In this document: in pieces, positions 19,858 to 29,496 of the stretch | How the letters are laid out: each line of letters starts with the position of its first letter | How positions within the stretch are numbered: the stretch's first letter is position 1 | Assembly (NCBI GenBank): GCA_035559535.1 | Contig: DATMBG010000058.1 | Location: forward strand, 62,001-126,000 | Length of the DNA: 64,000 nucleotides | Source: Candidatus Limnocylindrales bacterium | GTDB lineage: Bacteria > Moduliflexota > Moduliflexia > Moduliflexales > JAUQPW01 | Direction: 5' to 3' | The notes under the pieces: generated by a model | Databases searched by the model: none | The model's input: the letters and a program-made list of their open reading frames with translations, nothing else | Told to the model about the DNA's origin: nothing | Translations under genes and position numbers: made by a program

Positions 19858-21222
19858 ATGTATTCCGTTTTGATTGTCGATGATGATGCAGCCCTACGGC
19901 TGATTTTATCTGATTTTCTCTCTCAAGAAGATTACAAGATCTTGCTGGCGAAGGACGGTAGGGAAGCCCTGGATCTCATGAAAAAGCAACAGGTGGATAT
20001 TCTGCTGCTGGATATCAATATGCCCGGGATGACGGGTATGGAAGTTCTGGAGAAAGTTAAAGAACTGGGAGAAAATCCTTTGGTTATTATGTTATCAGCC
20101 CTTCAAGAAGTTAAGTTAGCCGTAAAGGCGGTGAAACTGGGTGCTTATGACTATCTATCTAAGCCTGTCAATTTGGAGGAACTTAAGCTTGTTATAGAAA
20201 AAGGTCTTCAACATAGACAGTTGGAAAGAAAAGCAGAACATCTAGAACAGAAGATCCAGGAATCCTGGAGCACAGAAGGACTCCTTGGAACCAGCCCTGC
20301 CATGAAAAGGGTTTTCCAGTTTATAGACAAGGTTGCAAGAACCGATACCACAGTTCTTATTCAAGGAGAGAGCGGGACCGGTAAGGAGCTGGTTGCGTAC
20401 GCCATTCATCAACGCAGCTTGAGAAAAGACAAGCCTTTTATAACCATTGATTGCGGTGCTATTCCAGAAGAGTTGGTGGAAAGCGAATTATTTGGACATG
20501 AAAAGGGGGCCTTTACAGGGGCCCTTCAAAAGAAGGAAGGAAAATTCGAACTGGCCAAGGGTGGAACCCTGTTTTTGGATGAAATAGGAAACCTACCCCT
20601 TCCAGGACAGGCTAAGCTCCTCCGGGCATTGGAACAAAAACAAATAACCCGAGTGGGTGGTATCTCAATGATACCCGTGGATGTGCGGATTATAGCGGCT
20701 ACCAATGTTGTACTGAGCCAGGCAACCCGGGAGGGAAAATTTCGGGAAGATTTATTTTATCGACTGAATGTTTTTATTTTAGAACTTCCTCCCCTACGAG
20801 AGAGAAAAGAGGATATTCCTTTGCTGGTAGAGAATTTTCTCCATCGCTTTGCCCAACAGCAAAGAAAGAATATTCGAGAAATTTCCCCGGAGGCCATGGG
20901 GTTACTTCTAAATTACCACTGGCCCGGCAACGTCCGGGAACTGCGCAATGTACTGGAGCGGGCCATTATCCTGGCAGAAGATTCCATAAGACCTGAACAC
21001 CTGCCCAACTTTCCCGGATCAATCCCTTCCCCTTCCCTGTCTTCCCTCTCAACTCTGCCTTTTTCCGAGGCCAAGGATAAAGTTCTCTCAGATCTGGAAA
21101 AGGAATACATTCTGCAGGCCTTAGTGAAAAGTGGTGGAAATAAAGCCAAGGCTGCCCGTGCCCTCAATATCAATTACAGAACGCTTTACGAAAAAATGAA
21201 GAAGTATGGTATCAACGTTTAA
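19858..21222 (+). CDS. NtrC/PilR-family sigma54-dependent response regulator
   Basis: REC (VDDD, LLDINMPG), AAA+ GESGTGKE, GAFTGA, FLDEIG, WPGNVREL, C-terminal Fis-type HTH. Confidence 0.95.
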   Translation: MYSVLIVDDDAALRLILSDFLSQEDYKILLAKDGREALDLMKKQQVDILLLDINMPGMTGMEVLEKVKELGENPLVIMLSALQEVKLAVKAVKLGAYDYLSKPVNLEELKLVIEKGLQHRQLERKAEHLEQKIQESWSTEGLLGTSPAMKRVFQFIDKVARTDTTVLIQGESGTGKELVAYAIHQRSLRKDKPFITIDCGAIPEELVESELFGHEKGAFTGALQKKEGKFELAKGGTLFLDEIGNLPLPGQAKLLRALEQKQITRVGGISMIPVDVRIIAATNVVLSQATREGKFREDLFYRLNVFILELPPLRERKEDIPLLVENFLHRFAQQQRKNIREISPEAMGLLLNYHWPGNVRELRNVLERAIILAEDSIRPEHLPNFPGSIPSPSLSSLSTLPFSEAKDKVLSDLEKEYILQALVKSGGNKAKAARALNINYRTLYEKMKKYGINV

Positions 21223-21261
21223 ATTTCGTGGCCTTTCCGGAAAGAAGATCCTCTTTGTTAC

Positions 21262-21414
21262 TATGGCCTTAAGGCCATACTTTTAGGATGAAAAATTCAT
21301 ATTTTCCTTCTCCTATCTACTTCCCTTAATCCCATGAAATCCATATAAGCATCAAAAACTCAAATACTTATAAAACATCTCCTTCCCTTTACCTTCCCTG
21401 GTATTGGTTTTGAA
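21262..21414 (+). promoter_or_regulatory. Candidate sigma54 promoter with upstream palindromes and IHF-like site
   Basis: Perfect palindrome TATGGCCTTAAGGCCATA (21262-21279); ATGAA-AAA-TTCAT (21288-21300); IHF-like ACTCAAATACTTA (21358-21370); TGGTATT-N4-TTGA (21399-21413), with GA instead of GC at -12. Confidence 0.45.
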
Positions 21415-21549
21415 TTTCAAGGACCTGACAGAGATGGGTGGGAATACCGTTCCAGGTTAGACCGTTGGCTGGTCTGATCCCTTCCTGACAGGAAAGGAAG
21501 AGCCGTTTCCTTCACTCCCTCGCTCTTTCAAGGGTATTTTTGGGATACC

Positions 21550-21720
21550 CCTTCTAACTTCCCTTCCCTGTGAGGGAAGGGGAGGGTCGGGATATAGGCA
21601 ATCCCCAAGTTCCCCCTTCCTGACGCGGGAAGAGGGTTAGGTTAGTAAAAAGATATCCTTGAAAGACCCCCTCGCTCCCCCTCTCCTGAAGCTTCAGGAG
21701 AGGGGAAAGGGGAGTGAGGT
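21550..21720. repeat. Cluster of CCCTCTCC/GGAGAGGG-type palindromic repeats
   Basis: CCCTTCCCTGTGAGGGAAGGG, CCCCTTCCTGACGCGGGAAGAGGG, CCCCTCTCCTGAAGCTTCAGGAGAGGGG. Confidence 0.7.
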
Positions 21721-21835
21721 GGCGAGACACCCGTGCTCCCAGCTAATAGAAAGTTAAGTTAGAAAGGCAAATCAACCGGATTCGGTATTCATTTAGATAA
21801 ATTAACAACCCCTTTCAATTTTGTGAGGAATCGTT

Positions 21836-23248
21836 ATGGTCATTAACAATGAGCTTCAACATTTTCAAAATGAGAAAGGAATAGCCCTTGTGGTCGTCAT
21901 AGCGGTCAGTGCTATTCTGCTTATGGCCCTGGGTGCTGGTTATGCTATCATGACCAGTGCTTTAAGTACGGCTGATTCAGAAGTTAGCCGGGATCAAGTT
22001 ATGAATGTGGCCCTGGCGGGAATCGAGGAAGCACTGGCCTGGTTTAGATCTATGGCCAATGGAAAACAGGCTGTCAAGGCCACATTCGATCCCATGCAAT
22101 CAGGTACCCGGGGTACGGTACCGGTTACGGTTCCTGAAACTCAGGATACTAGTTGTGTAGGTGGTTCCTCAAGTTATAACACAAATTGCGTGGGAATTAT
22201 GAGAGACTTCAAAATCGGCTTAATGAATAACCTGTATGGACACTATGAACTCAGGAGAACCGGTAACGCCGTTCAAGATATTACCAATCTTCGAATTCCA
22301 GGTAACACCAATGCAGCTAATCCCCCTGCGGGCGTTGTGTGGCGGCTCGAGGTAAATGCCTACACTTATCAACGCAATTCAACCGGTCCCCTTAATCCCA
22401 ATAACCCGGGGCAAAATAAAATCGTGGAGCAGGTGGTTATGGATGCCGAGATTCGGCGGATGGTATTGACCCCCCCTCCGGCAACGGTCAGTACCTTCCG
22501 AGGAAGCAATATTCAGGTTCTCCAGATGGGTCAGATATGCAATACCTCTTCTAATACGGCGGCTTATATCTCCCAGAATCCTGGAAACTCAACTACTCCC
22601 GCCACCATGAACTGTCCTATTCCGGGTTCCAATCAAATACTGACCGCCTCATCCACACAATTCAACCAGACGGTAGATCCCTACAGTTTGTTTGGTATGA
22701 GTTTATCTGATCTCAAAACCTTCGTTCAGAATAGTCCTAATGGAATCTATATTAACGGAAGTGCCAACCTAAACAAAATCACCCCTTTCCCTGTTAATTC
22801 TACCAATCCCCCTCTGGTTTATATAGAGAATGTAACCAATGCTGACATCTGTCTTTATAACAGCACTACCAATCAACGCATCGATGCTTTTGGAGTAATC
22901 ATAGTCGATGGGGGGAATGTTAATATTTGTGGGGCTGACGGTAAACCTTGCAGTAGTGGAGGAGGGGGGAGTAGTCCGGTTTGTGGTACCGGTTGTGTAA
23001 CGGATCAATGCGGCAGTTTTACCGGCTTTATCTATATGAAGGGGACGCTTAATATAGACGGGGGAGCTGTGATTAACGGGGCCGTTGTTGCAGCCCCAGA
23101 TAGCTTTGGTTCTGTGGCCGCCGTGATTGGAGATTCCAGTGGAACGGTAATTACCAAACTTAATTTCAACGGCAATTTTATCACCGGGGTTCTTAACCAA
23201 ACCATGAGTAACTACGCCATATCGAGAGCGCCCCATATTAAACGGTAA
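21836..23248 (+). CDS. PilX/GspK-like minor pilin, copy 2
   Basis: Leader EKG|IALVVVI without Glu5; LAGIEEALAWFRS. Shares AEIRRM, FVQN and FTGFIY with copy 1. Confidence 0.78.
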   Translation: MVINNELQHFQNEKGIALVVVIAVSAILLMALGAGYAIMTSALSTADSEVSRDQVMNVALAGIEEALAWFRSMANGKQAVKATFDPMQSGTRGTVPVTVPETQDTSCVGGSSSYNTNCVGIMRDFKIGLMNNLYGHYELRRTGNAVQDITNLRIPGNTNAANPPAGVVWRLEVNAYTYQRNSTGPLNPNNPGQNKIVEQVVMDAEIRRMVLTPPPATVSTFRGSNIQVLQMGQICNTSSNTAAYISQNPGNSTTPATMNCPIPGSNQILTASSTQFNQTVDPYSLFGMSLSDLKTFVQNSPNGIYINGSANLNKITPFPVNSTNPPLVYIENVTNADICLYNSTTNQRIDAFGVIIVDGGNVNICGADGKPCSSGGGGSSPVCGTGCVTDQCGSFTGFIYMKGTLNIDGGAVINGAVVAAPDSFGSVAAVIGDSSGTVITKLNFNGNFITGVLNQTMSNYAISRAPHIKR

Positions 23249-23261
23249 AGGAGGCTTTTAT

Positions 23262-26200
23262 ATGTTTCGTTTAAATAAAAAATTAATTGGATTATCCCGA
23301 GAATCCGGTCTCAGCTTGATAGAATTGGTGGTAGCTGTGGCCATTCTGGGCGTCCTGGTAATCGGAGCCATCACTTATCACACCGCAGCTTATAAATCTA
23401 CTACCTTGAATCAAGACCGTGCCTTTTGTATTCAGAAATCTATTCAACTCATCAATGAACTTAGGGAGAGAACGGCAGGGACCGATACCGCGGCTTCATT
23501 AGCCCCTTATGATCAGGTTATCGAAGATGCCAACGGGAATATCCTCAACAGCTTTTATTCTCCTGTTCTTAGTCTTCAACTCGAACAAAATCTGGCCGTA
23601 GCTCCCAATGCCCCGGCCGATCCTTTAAGTGGTAATATAAATACAGGAAATGGTTGGAAATTCCAAAGACAGATCGATGTGAGAAGGTTTGATTATACCC
23701 AACCTATCTCTTCAGAAGAACCGATGATGGTGACCGTCAGATGCTTTTATACCGATGCTTCCAATCCCTCTCAGGGAGGACTTCCTTTAGCCGAGACGAC
23801 CAGTGTTATGCGAAAACTGGGTAATAGTCTTCCGACCAGTCAGACCTTCGATCTGTATGTTCTTGCTGTGGATACAGTTCCCGGCTGGTGGGTCAGTTTA
23901 GGAAATCTCCGGCCGATCATTAACACAGCCGTTAACCAGCTACAGGCCAGTAACCCGGGTCTCAATTACCGAATGCATTATATTACCCGAGCTGCTTTCG
24001 GTCGGGATAAAAGTTATGCCCCCTTCCTGAATACTCCGGCCAGTTACGACCCGACGGTTAACTATCCGGCAGTTCTTACCAACCCTTATTCTCCCATCGA
24101 ACCAGCCTATTATTATCCAGGCCTTCTCCAGACCACTACGGGGAGTCCTGAGTTTGAGTATTACAGAGCTGCTTTTTTGAACCAGGGTAAAATTAATCCA
24201 GGTCGGGTCATCAATATCAGTGGTGTGGGTAATGTGGGCATCCCCAACAGTAACGTGACCGGGTATACAGGTGGGAACGTCCCCCTGGCCAATGTGGCAG
24301 GTATTGTAAGAGCCGGATTACTTTATGATCCCCAGGATCCACCTAATACCTTGGGAGCCAATCTGGATGACGACCATTATTTAGTCGTGCGTTATGCGCT
24401 GGCCGACTATTTTAACCATGCCGTGCGTTATCCCGAGGAATTAACCGAGTACTGCATGCGCAAATACGGCAACTTACCTCAACGAAATCCGAATAAAAAT
24501 AATATTTGGGATTGTCTTCCTGCCGACACCAGCTCTGCAGCTCCTTTTACCCTCCCTACCGGAATGACCTACACAGACTTTGTTCAACGTTATACCGAAC
24601 CTACCATGGAACCCAGCCTCAGAATCCTGCTGGAGCAGCTTTATCAGGATCCGGCCTCCTATCAGAATATCTTGATCCTCAACGCCCATGGGGAGATGCT
24701 TCCGATACCTCCCATGCGGAATTATTCAGATCCGGCTAAAAACCCAAACCCCGGTGGTACCAATACCAACCCCACGGTGAGTGGTTTCCCCGGCGTTCGC
24801 GTGGTTACCCATCCGGAACAATTAGAGTATCAAAATGGAAACAATGTCGTACTGCGGGTTTATTCCTATGTTACTCCTGAAACGATGGCCAGTACCCTGG
24901 TGGGTTGTAACAACGCCATCCCTCAGTATGGACCAACGGCTATTTTAGATAAGGATTGTGACCCCACCACAGCCAACACAGCCAACAAAGATGATGAAGT
25001 CCCCATTGTCGTAAGGATTTCGGGAGTCAATTTCAGTGGTTACAATATTACTTCGGGTACGGGGGTTACCGGTACCGGTAATATCGAGGTTCGCAGGATT
25101 CGAGGAAATCCAGGAGCAGGCTATTCCGGCTGGGGTAACGCTCCCACTTCAGAGGCAGCCGAAGGAGCCGGGAGTATGTGGTATGAGGCTTTCCATTGCT
25201 GTCCGCTTAACAGTGGTTCCGATCTCATCGTTCTGCTCTATAATAGTCCTCTGCGTCATGATCTGGCTACATCCCCCGGGGCATCCCCTCCTTATACAGC
25301 ATCCGTCGGGGCTACCGACACAGGGCTTCCATCGGCAAGACGTCTGTATGGAATGGAATATATTCCTGCCTTTACAGGAAATCCGGCTAATCTGAGTGCC
25401 AATCCTAATTACGATCTCTCGTCGGTTAGTTCCTCAAATTACAAAAATACCGCCCGATGGACTATTACCTTGCTGAATACGGGAGGCGTTCTGGATAATC
25501 AGCAGTTAACCATTGAAACCCGCATTGCACCCCGCCGGGTTACCGGTGAGGCCGACAGTACCTATATCACACGAACCCTCTATTTAGGCTATGACCCGGC
25601 CAATCCCTATTCCTATATTCCCGATCTTCCTGCAGGGGCTGTAGTAGGAAGCGCAGGACTTTATATGTCGGGTGGGACGTATGACTTTGTAACGGCCAAC
25701 AATGTTCCCAGTGATATTTCAAGGACTTACACCTGGCTTGCTAACATCAACTGCACGTCCGGAACCACGGGGTGTAACATACCTACAAGTACCGGTAGAG
25801 CCGGCCAAACGGGTATGGAGGGTCTAGATTTCCCGGTTAACGGTTTTCGAGCTCCCTTCACCGAAAGGTTTCAGTTTATGGGAGACCCACGTCATAGCCC
25901 CTATTGGGATGTTAAAGCCGACCATCGCTACAACTGGTATTTTGTGGATGATGCCAATATGCCCGGGGCTCCTTACAATACGGCGCCCTACAATACCGCT
26001 GCGGGACGCAATAGTCCTCTTAACAGTAATGGCTTTGCTGGTTTTACATCCAATGCCGATGATGGGTGGTCCAACGGTTCTGGAGGGACCAGCAATCCCG
26101 GCAGACTCCCCTTTGATTATCCCAGATTCGCCGAGGTCTATCGTATGGGAATTCTCAAGAGTCGATCTATCTTCAACAGCATTACCGGTTGGGGTTTCTA

Positions 26201-27824
26201 CTATACGGATCCTGGAAGTGCCATAGGTGGCGATACCCCCTGGCTGGTTTCCTATAACATGGTATGGACAGACGCTATACGTGTACCTCTGAATCCTTTC
26301 AGAAATCGAAATAATGTTGCTCCGGCCGCAGCGAAGGAGGGAAATAATGACTATAACACAGGAAGTAACTTCATTGATCTGGATGAAATAGCCGGTAGTC
26401 ACGGTAATTGGGCGGCCAATGGTCCCTACGGTCGTACCCGGGTATTGACCCAATGGGCTGGAGTAGGCAACTGGTATGCCAAACCCTGGTTGGGAGAAAT
26501 CTATCCGGATATTACCAATAATACCAATTATTATGCTGCAGCTAACATAGGGTGGAAAACCCGAGGAAATCTCCCGACCAGCATCTTCAATCAAGATACG
26601 GAAGAAGTGGCCTACTTGGGATATAATGCCACCCGAAGTAACGAAAGTAATGGAGCACCCAGTTTCTTCAACGGAGTTACTCTGTATAATCATACTAACA
26701 TTTTAACCACGACCAATCAGACTGCTATAGGGGTTGCCATGACCAGTGCTATCAAGTCTACGATAAACTTCTCGATCAATGCCCAGCGACCCTTTCAAAT
26801 TCATGATACCTCTTCGACCCCTCCTGAGAACGGTGTAGCCCCTTATAATACCAGTAACTTGCGGACCACCGTATCCCTTTTTGCCCCGTTTTATTGTACC
26901 GGGGGAACTCCTCCTAACCCCCCCACACCCGGGGTACCCTCTACCTGCGGCGGCAGTAATCCCCCTTCAAATACCCGAATGGGGAGTGCCTTGCTCCAGG
27001 TCCGGCAAGATCCTGATTTTAACCCGGCCGGAGCCAGTACCGGTTCCTCCTTAGATGCCAATACCAATGTCCCGAACAGTAACGACCTCTTCGGATACTT
27101 TGTGATGAATGGGCTTCAGCCGGCCGGAGTTTCTAATCCCGAAACCCTCTTAACCACAGTTAATCTGAGTACCTTAACCTACGGGTTTATGCTGACCGGT
27201 CAGTCCACCCATCCGGTTACCGGGGCTGCCCTTCCTCTCAACCCGGCGACCGGAACCCCCTGGAATAGTATTCGCCAGCTCCCTCGGGTTGAAGTAGTCG
27301 GCCCGGATCCAGGTAATCAGGCCGCTTTGACCAGTCCTTCCTCATTGACCATCCAGTGGAATATCACCTGGCGGCGATGGGATGGTTTACCCTATACTCC
27401 GGGCTATCAAACCAACTTCGCTGAAAAGACTCCCCTTTACTATGTCTTGATGTATTCCGATGGGGGTCCCTGGCGTTATGTCATTGGAGATAATGACCTG
27501 GTTCCAACTCCTCCCGATGATTGGACAAGTCGTGCAGCTCTGCCTGTACAGGATGGAGGTAAGTATACCACCGCTATGGGCCCCAATAAAATCCACTTCA
27601 TTTGTGAAGGAGCCAATACACCGGATTGCCCAGGAAACTTTGCGACCATGAATACAACAGCACTCCAGAGACAATATACCTGGAATATCTCCGGGCTTAA
27701 TCTCAATCTGGGTGGATCCAATAACCCCCCCGGGCAAACCTATACCATTCGGGTCGTGGTTCATCGTAAGAATATTTATAACCACTTTGCTTACCATGAT
27801 CTGCAATTTGTGCTTCGACCTTAA
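23262..27824 (+). CDS. Giant (1520 aa) prepilin-type protein, copy 2
   Basis: AGGAGG RBS; leader ESG|LSLIELVVAVAILGVLVIG. Blocks shared with copy 1 include PIPPMRNYSDPAK, RAPFTERFQFMGDP and KNIYNHFAYHDLQ. Confidence 0.87.
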   Translation: MFRLNKKLIGLSRESGLSLIELVVAVAILGVLVIGAITYHTAAYKSTTLNQDRAFCIQKSIQLINELRERTAGTDTAASLAPYDQVIEDANGNILNSFYSPVLSLQLEQNLAVAPNAPADPLSGNINTGNGWKFQRQIDVRRFDYTQPISSEEPMMVTVRCFYTDASNPSQGGLPLAETTSVMRKLGNSLPTSQTFDLYVLAVDTVPGWWVSLGNLRPIINTAVNQLQASNPGLNYRMHYITRAAFGRDKSYAPFLNTPASYDPTVNYPAVLTNPYSPIEPAYYYPGLLQTTTGSPEFEYYRAAFLNQGKINPGRVINISGVGNVGIPNSNVTGYTGGNVPLANVAGIVRAGLLYDPQDPPNTLGANLDDDHYLVVRYALADYFNHAVRYPEELTEYCMRKYGNLPQRNPNKNNIWDCLPADTSSAAPFTLPTGMTYTDFVQRYTEPTMEPSLRILLEQLYQDPASYQNILILNAHGEMLPIPPMRNYSDPAKNPNPGGTNTNPTVSGFPGVRVVTHPEQLEYQNGNNVVLRVYSYVTPETMASTLVGCNNAIPQYGPTAILDKDCDPTTANTANKDDEVPIVVRISGVNFSGYNITSGTGVTGTGNIEVRRIRGNPGAGYSGWGNAPTSEAAEGAGSMWYEAFHCCPLNSGSDLIVLLYNSPLRHDLATSPGASPPYTASVGATDTGLPSARRLYGMEYIPAFTGNPANLSANPNYDLSSVSSSNYKNTARWTITLLNTGGVLDNQQLTIETRIAPRRVTGEADSTYITRTLYLGYDPANPYSYIPDLPAGAVVGSAGLYMSGGTYDFVTANNVPSDISRTYTWLANINCTSGTTGCNIPTSTGRAGQTGMEGLDFPVNGFRAPFTERFQFMGDPRHSPYWDVKADHRYNWYFVDDANMPGAPYNTAPYNTAAGRNSPLNSNGFAGFTSNADDGWSNGSGGTSNPGRLPFDYPRFAEVYRMGILKSRSIFNSITGWGFYYTDPGSAIGGDTPWLVSYNMVWTDAIRVPLNPFRNRNNVAPAAAKEGNNDYNTGSNFIDLDEIAGSHGNWAANGPYGRTRVLTQWAGVGNWYAKPWLGEIYPDITNNTNYYAAANIGWKTRGNLPTSIFNQDTEEVAYLGYNATRSNESNGAPSFFNGVTLYNHTNILTTTNQTAIGVAMTSAIKSTINFSINAQRPFQIHDTSSTPPENGVAPYNTSNLRTTVSLFAPFYCTGGTPPNPPTPGVPSTCGGSNPPSNTRMGSALLQVRQDPDFNPAGASTGSSLDANTNVPNSNDLFGYFVMNGLQPAGVSNPETLLTTVNLSTLTYGFMLTGQSTHPVTGAALPLNPATGTPWNSIRQLPRVEVVGPDPGNQAALTSPSSLTIQWNITWRRWDGLPYTPGYQTNFAEKTPLYYVLMYSDGGPWRYVIGDNDLVPTPPDDWTSRAALPVQDGGKYTTAMGPNKIHFICEGANTPDCPGNFATMNTTALQRQYTWNISGLNLNLGGSNNPPGQTYTIRVVVHRKNIYNHFAYHDLQFVLRP

Positions 27825-27869
27825 TCGGGGTAATGGGGAATGGGTGTCAGGTAATAGTTTAAGTCCTTA

Positions 27870-28073
27870 TCCCCTCACCCCTAACCCCTCTCCCAGAGCT
27901 TCGTGAGAGGGGAATGAAGGGGTTTCTAACATCCTGCCTTCTCCGACTCTCCACGAAGTCAAGGGGTGGAGAGAGGATCAGGTAAGACAAAGAAGTTTCT
28001 AATCAATCGAGACGATTGACCTACCTTTCCTCCCCCCTCTCCCACAGTGTGGAAGAGGGGCTGGGGGTGAGGG
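27870..28073. repeat. CCCCTCACCCC..CCCTCTCCC-type inverted repeat pair inside the pilin operon
   Basis: CCCCTCACCCCTAACCCCTCTCCC...GAGAGGGG at left; CCCCTCTCCC...GAGGGGCTGGGGGTGAGGG at right. Confidence 0.75.
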
Positions 28074-28092
28074 CAAGCAATACTATTTTATT

Positions 28093-29496
28093 ATGATCCA
28101 AATTCAGAGAAGTTTAAAAATCTTGAAGTCGGAATCCGGTCTCTCACTGGTTGAGATGATGATCGTGGTGGCTATTATGGGTATCCTGAGCATTATCCTC
28201 TACGATCTTAACCTGAGCATTCTAACCTCCAACCTTTTTATTGAGGTTAAAAATGACCTGTCGTTACAAGGTCAGCAGGCCCTTAATCCAATTAAAAACC
28301 GGTTGATTTCCTCACGCCTTTTACTCGTCGATAGCTACGTGAAACCTGCCACTCCTGGTTCTGGGACCTGGACCGGACTAGGAAGTTATTATATCCAGTA
28401 CCTGCAACCTTCTTCCCAATATCCTCCCCTTCCAACCATTATTCTCCCCAGTGGGACTTACTGTCCACCAGGATGTCCCAGTAATAGCGATTATCAGAAT
28501 GTCATTGTCCGGAGCGAGAGCCGAATGGTAACAGGTCAAACCCTCCCTCAGGCAATCACTCAACTGGTGCCCTTGAACGGTCAGGCAGCTTTCGGTCTCA
28601 GCGCAACCAGTATAGGAAATTCCATTCTGTTTATAGAAACAATGCCTGCCCGACAGGTTCGCCATACTTTTGGAGGGGTTTCTACGGATTATTTAATAGA
28701 CGCTTATCGCCTCAACTACTACTACCTCAGTCAGAATAACAGCAATTCCGTAGCCGGAAAGAACTATTATATAGACCTCATTCAGTGGGAGAGCCAGGAA
28801 TTCGCAGATTATGGTCAGTTTCTTCAAATCGCAACTTATATCAAACAGCAAAATACCTCAGATACTCCGGTTGATATCATCAATCAGCTCAAAAACCCAA
28901 CCACTTCTCCTTTCCCGGCCGAAAGGGGAAGACCTCCGCTTAGGTATGCCTGGGATGTAGGTAAAGCAGGGACGATTAATATTTCCAATATAGCCGGTTC
29001 TATCCTGGGAAACTTTTACTGCCTGGATGCCACGGCCCCTTCCTGTACAGGGGGTTATATTACCACCTTTGACCCGACCAATAACAATACCAGCGATGAT
29101 TTTCCCTTGACATTGGTGAGTTCAACCTTTAGGATTCCTTCAAATCAGGTTAAGAGCCTTTTGCCGGGATTATACGCAGGAGCCTCACAGGGGCGGAGCT
29201 ATTATACCATTGCCTTTAATAATGATGCCAACAGTAATCTTAACTCAGCCGGATTAATCCCTCAAAATATTCCTCAGTTAGTCCCTCTGCGTTTCAACCC
29301 CTATGATACCAGCGGTTACGCTACGGAAGTGGGGGCTTCTACTTCCAAATTTATGGGTGGATTTGAAATCGGCGTTGTTTCTCAAACCGTCGGCTATCAG
29401 GTTAACCTGAGATTGGTTCTCATGGGGGATACAGGAGGTATTCTTCGACGGATGATTTCCAATGAAACGGTGGTTCTGGCCGCACCCAGAGGCTAA
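28093..29496 (+). CDS. PilW/GspJ-like large minor pilin, copy 2
   Basis: Leader ESG|LSLVEMMIVVAIMGILS. Shares ILTSNLFIEVKNDLS, SATSIGNSILF, KFMGGFE and VGYQVNLRLVLM with copy 1. Confidence 0.82.
   Translation: MIQIQRSLKILKSESGLSLVEMMIVVAIMGILSIILYDLNLSILTSNLFIEVKNDLSLQGQQALNPIKNRLISSRLLLVDSYVKPATPGSGTWTGLGSYYIQYLQPSSQYPPLPTIILPSGTYCPPGCPSNSDYQNVIVRSESRMVTGQTLPQAITQLVPLNGQAAFGLSATSIGNSILFIETMPARQVRHTFGGVSTDYLIDAYRLNYYYLSQNNSNSVAGKNYYIDLIQWESQEFADYGQFLQIATYIKQQNTSDTPVDIINQLKNPTTSPFPAERGRPPLRYAWDVGKAGTINISNIAGSILGNFYCLDATAPSCTGGYITTFDPTNNNTSDDFPLTLVSSTFRIPSNQVKSLLPGLYAGASQGRSYYTIAFNNDANSNLNSAGLIPQNIPQLVPLRFNPYDTSGYATEVGASTSKFMGGFEIGVVSQTVGYQVNLRLVLMGDTGGILRRMISNETVVLAAPRG

Noticed and set aside
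25824-26693. 289 aa antisense ORF and other antisense ORFs inside the giant pilin genes
   Set aside because: Shadow frames of long coding genes, with Ile/Gly-biased composition and no motifs.
8092-29496. Prophage, ICE or conjugative island
   Set aside because: No integrase, relaxase, VirB4, phage structural gene or flanking tRNA/att repeat was recognised.
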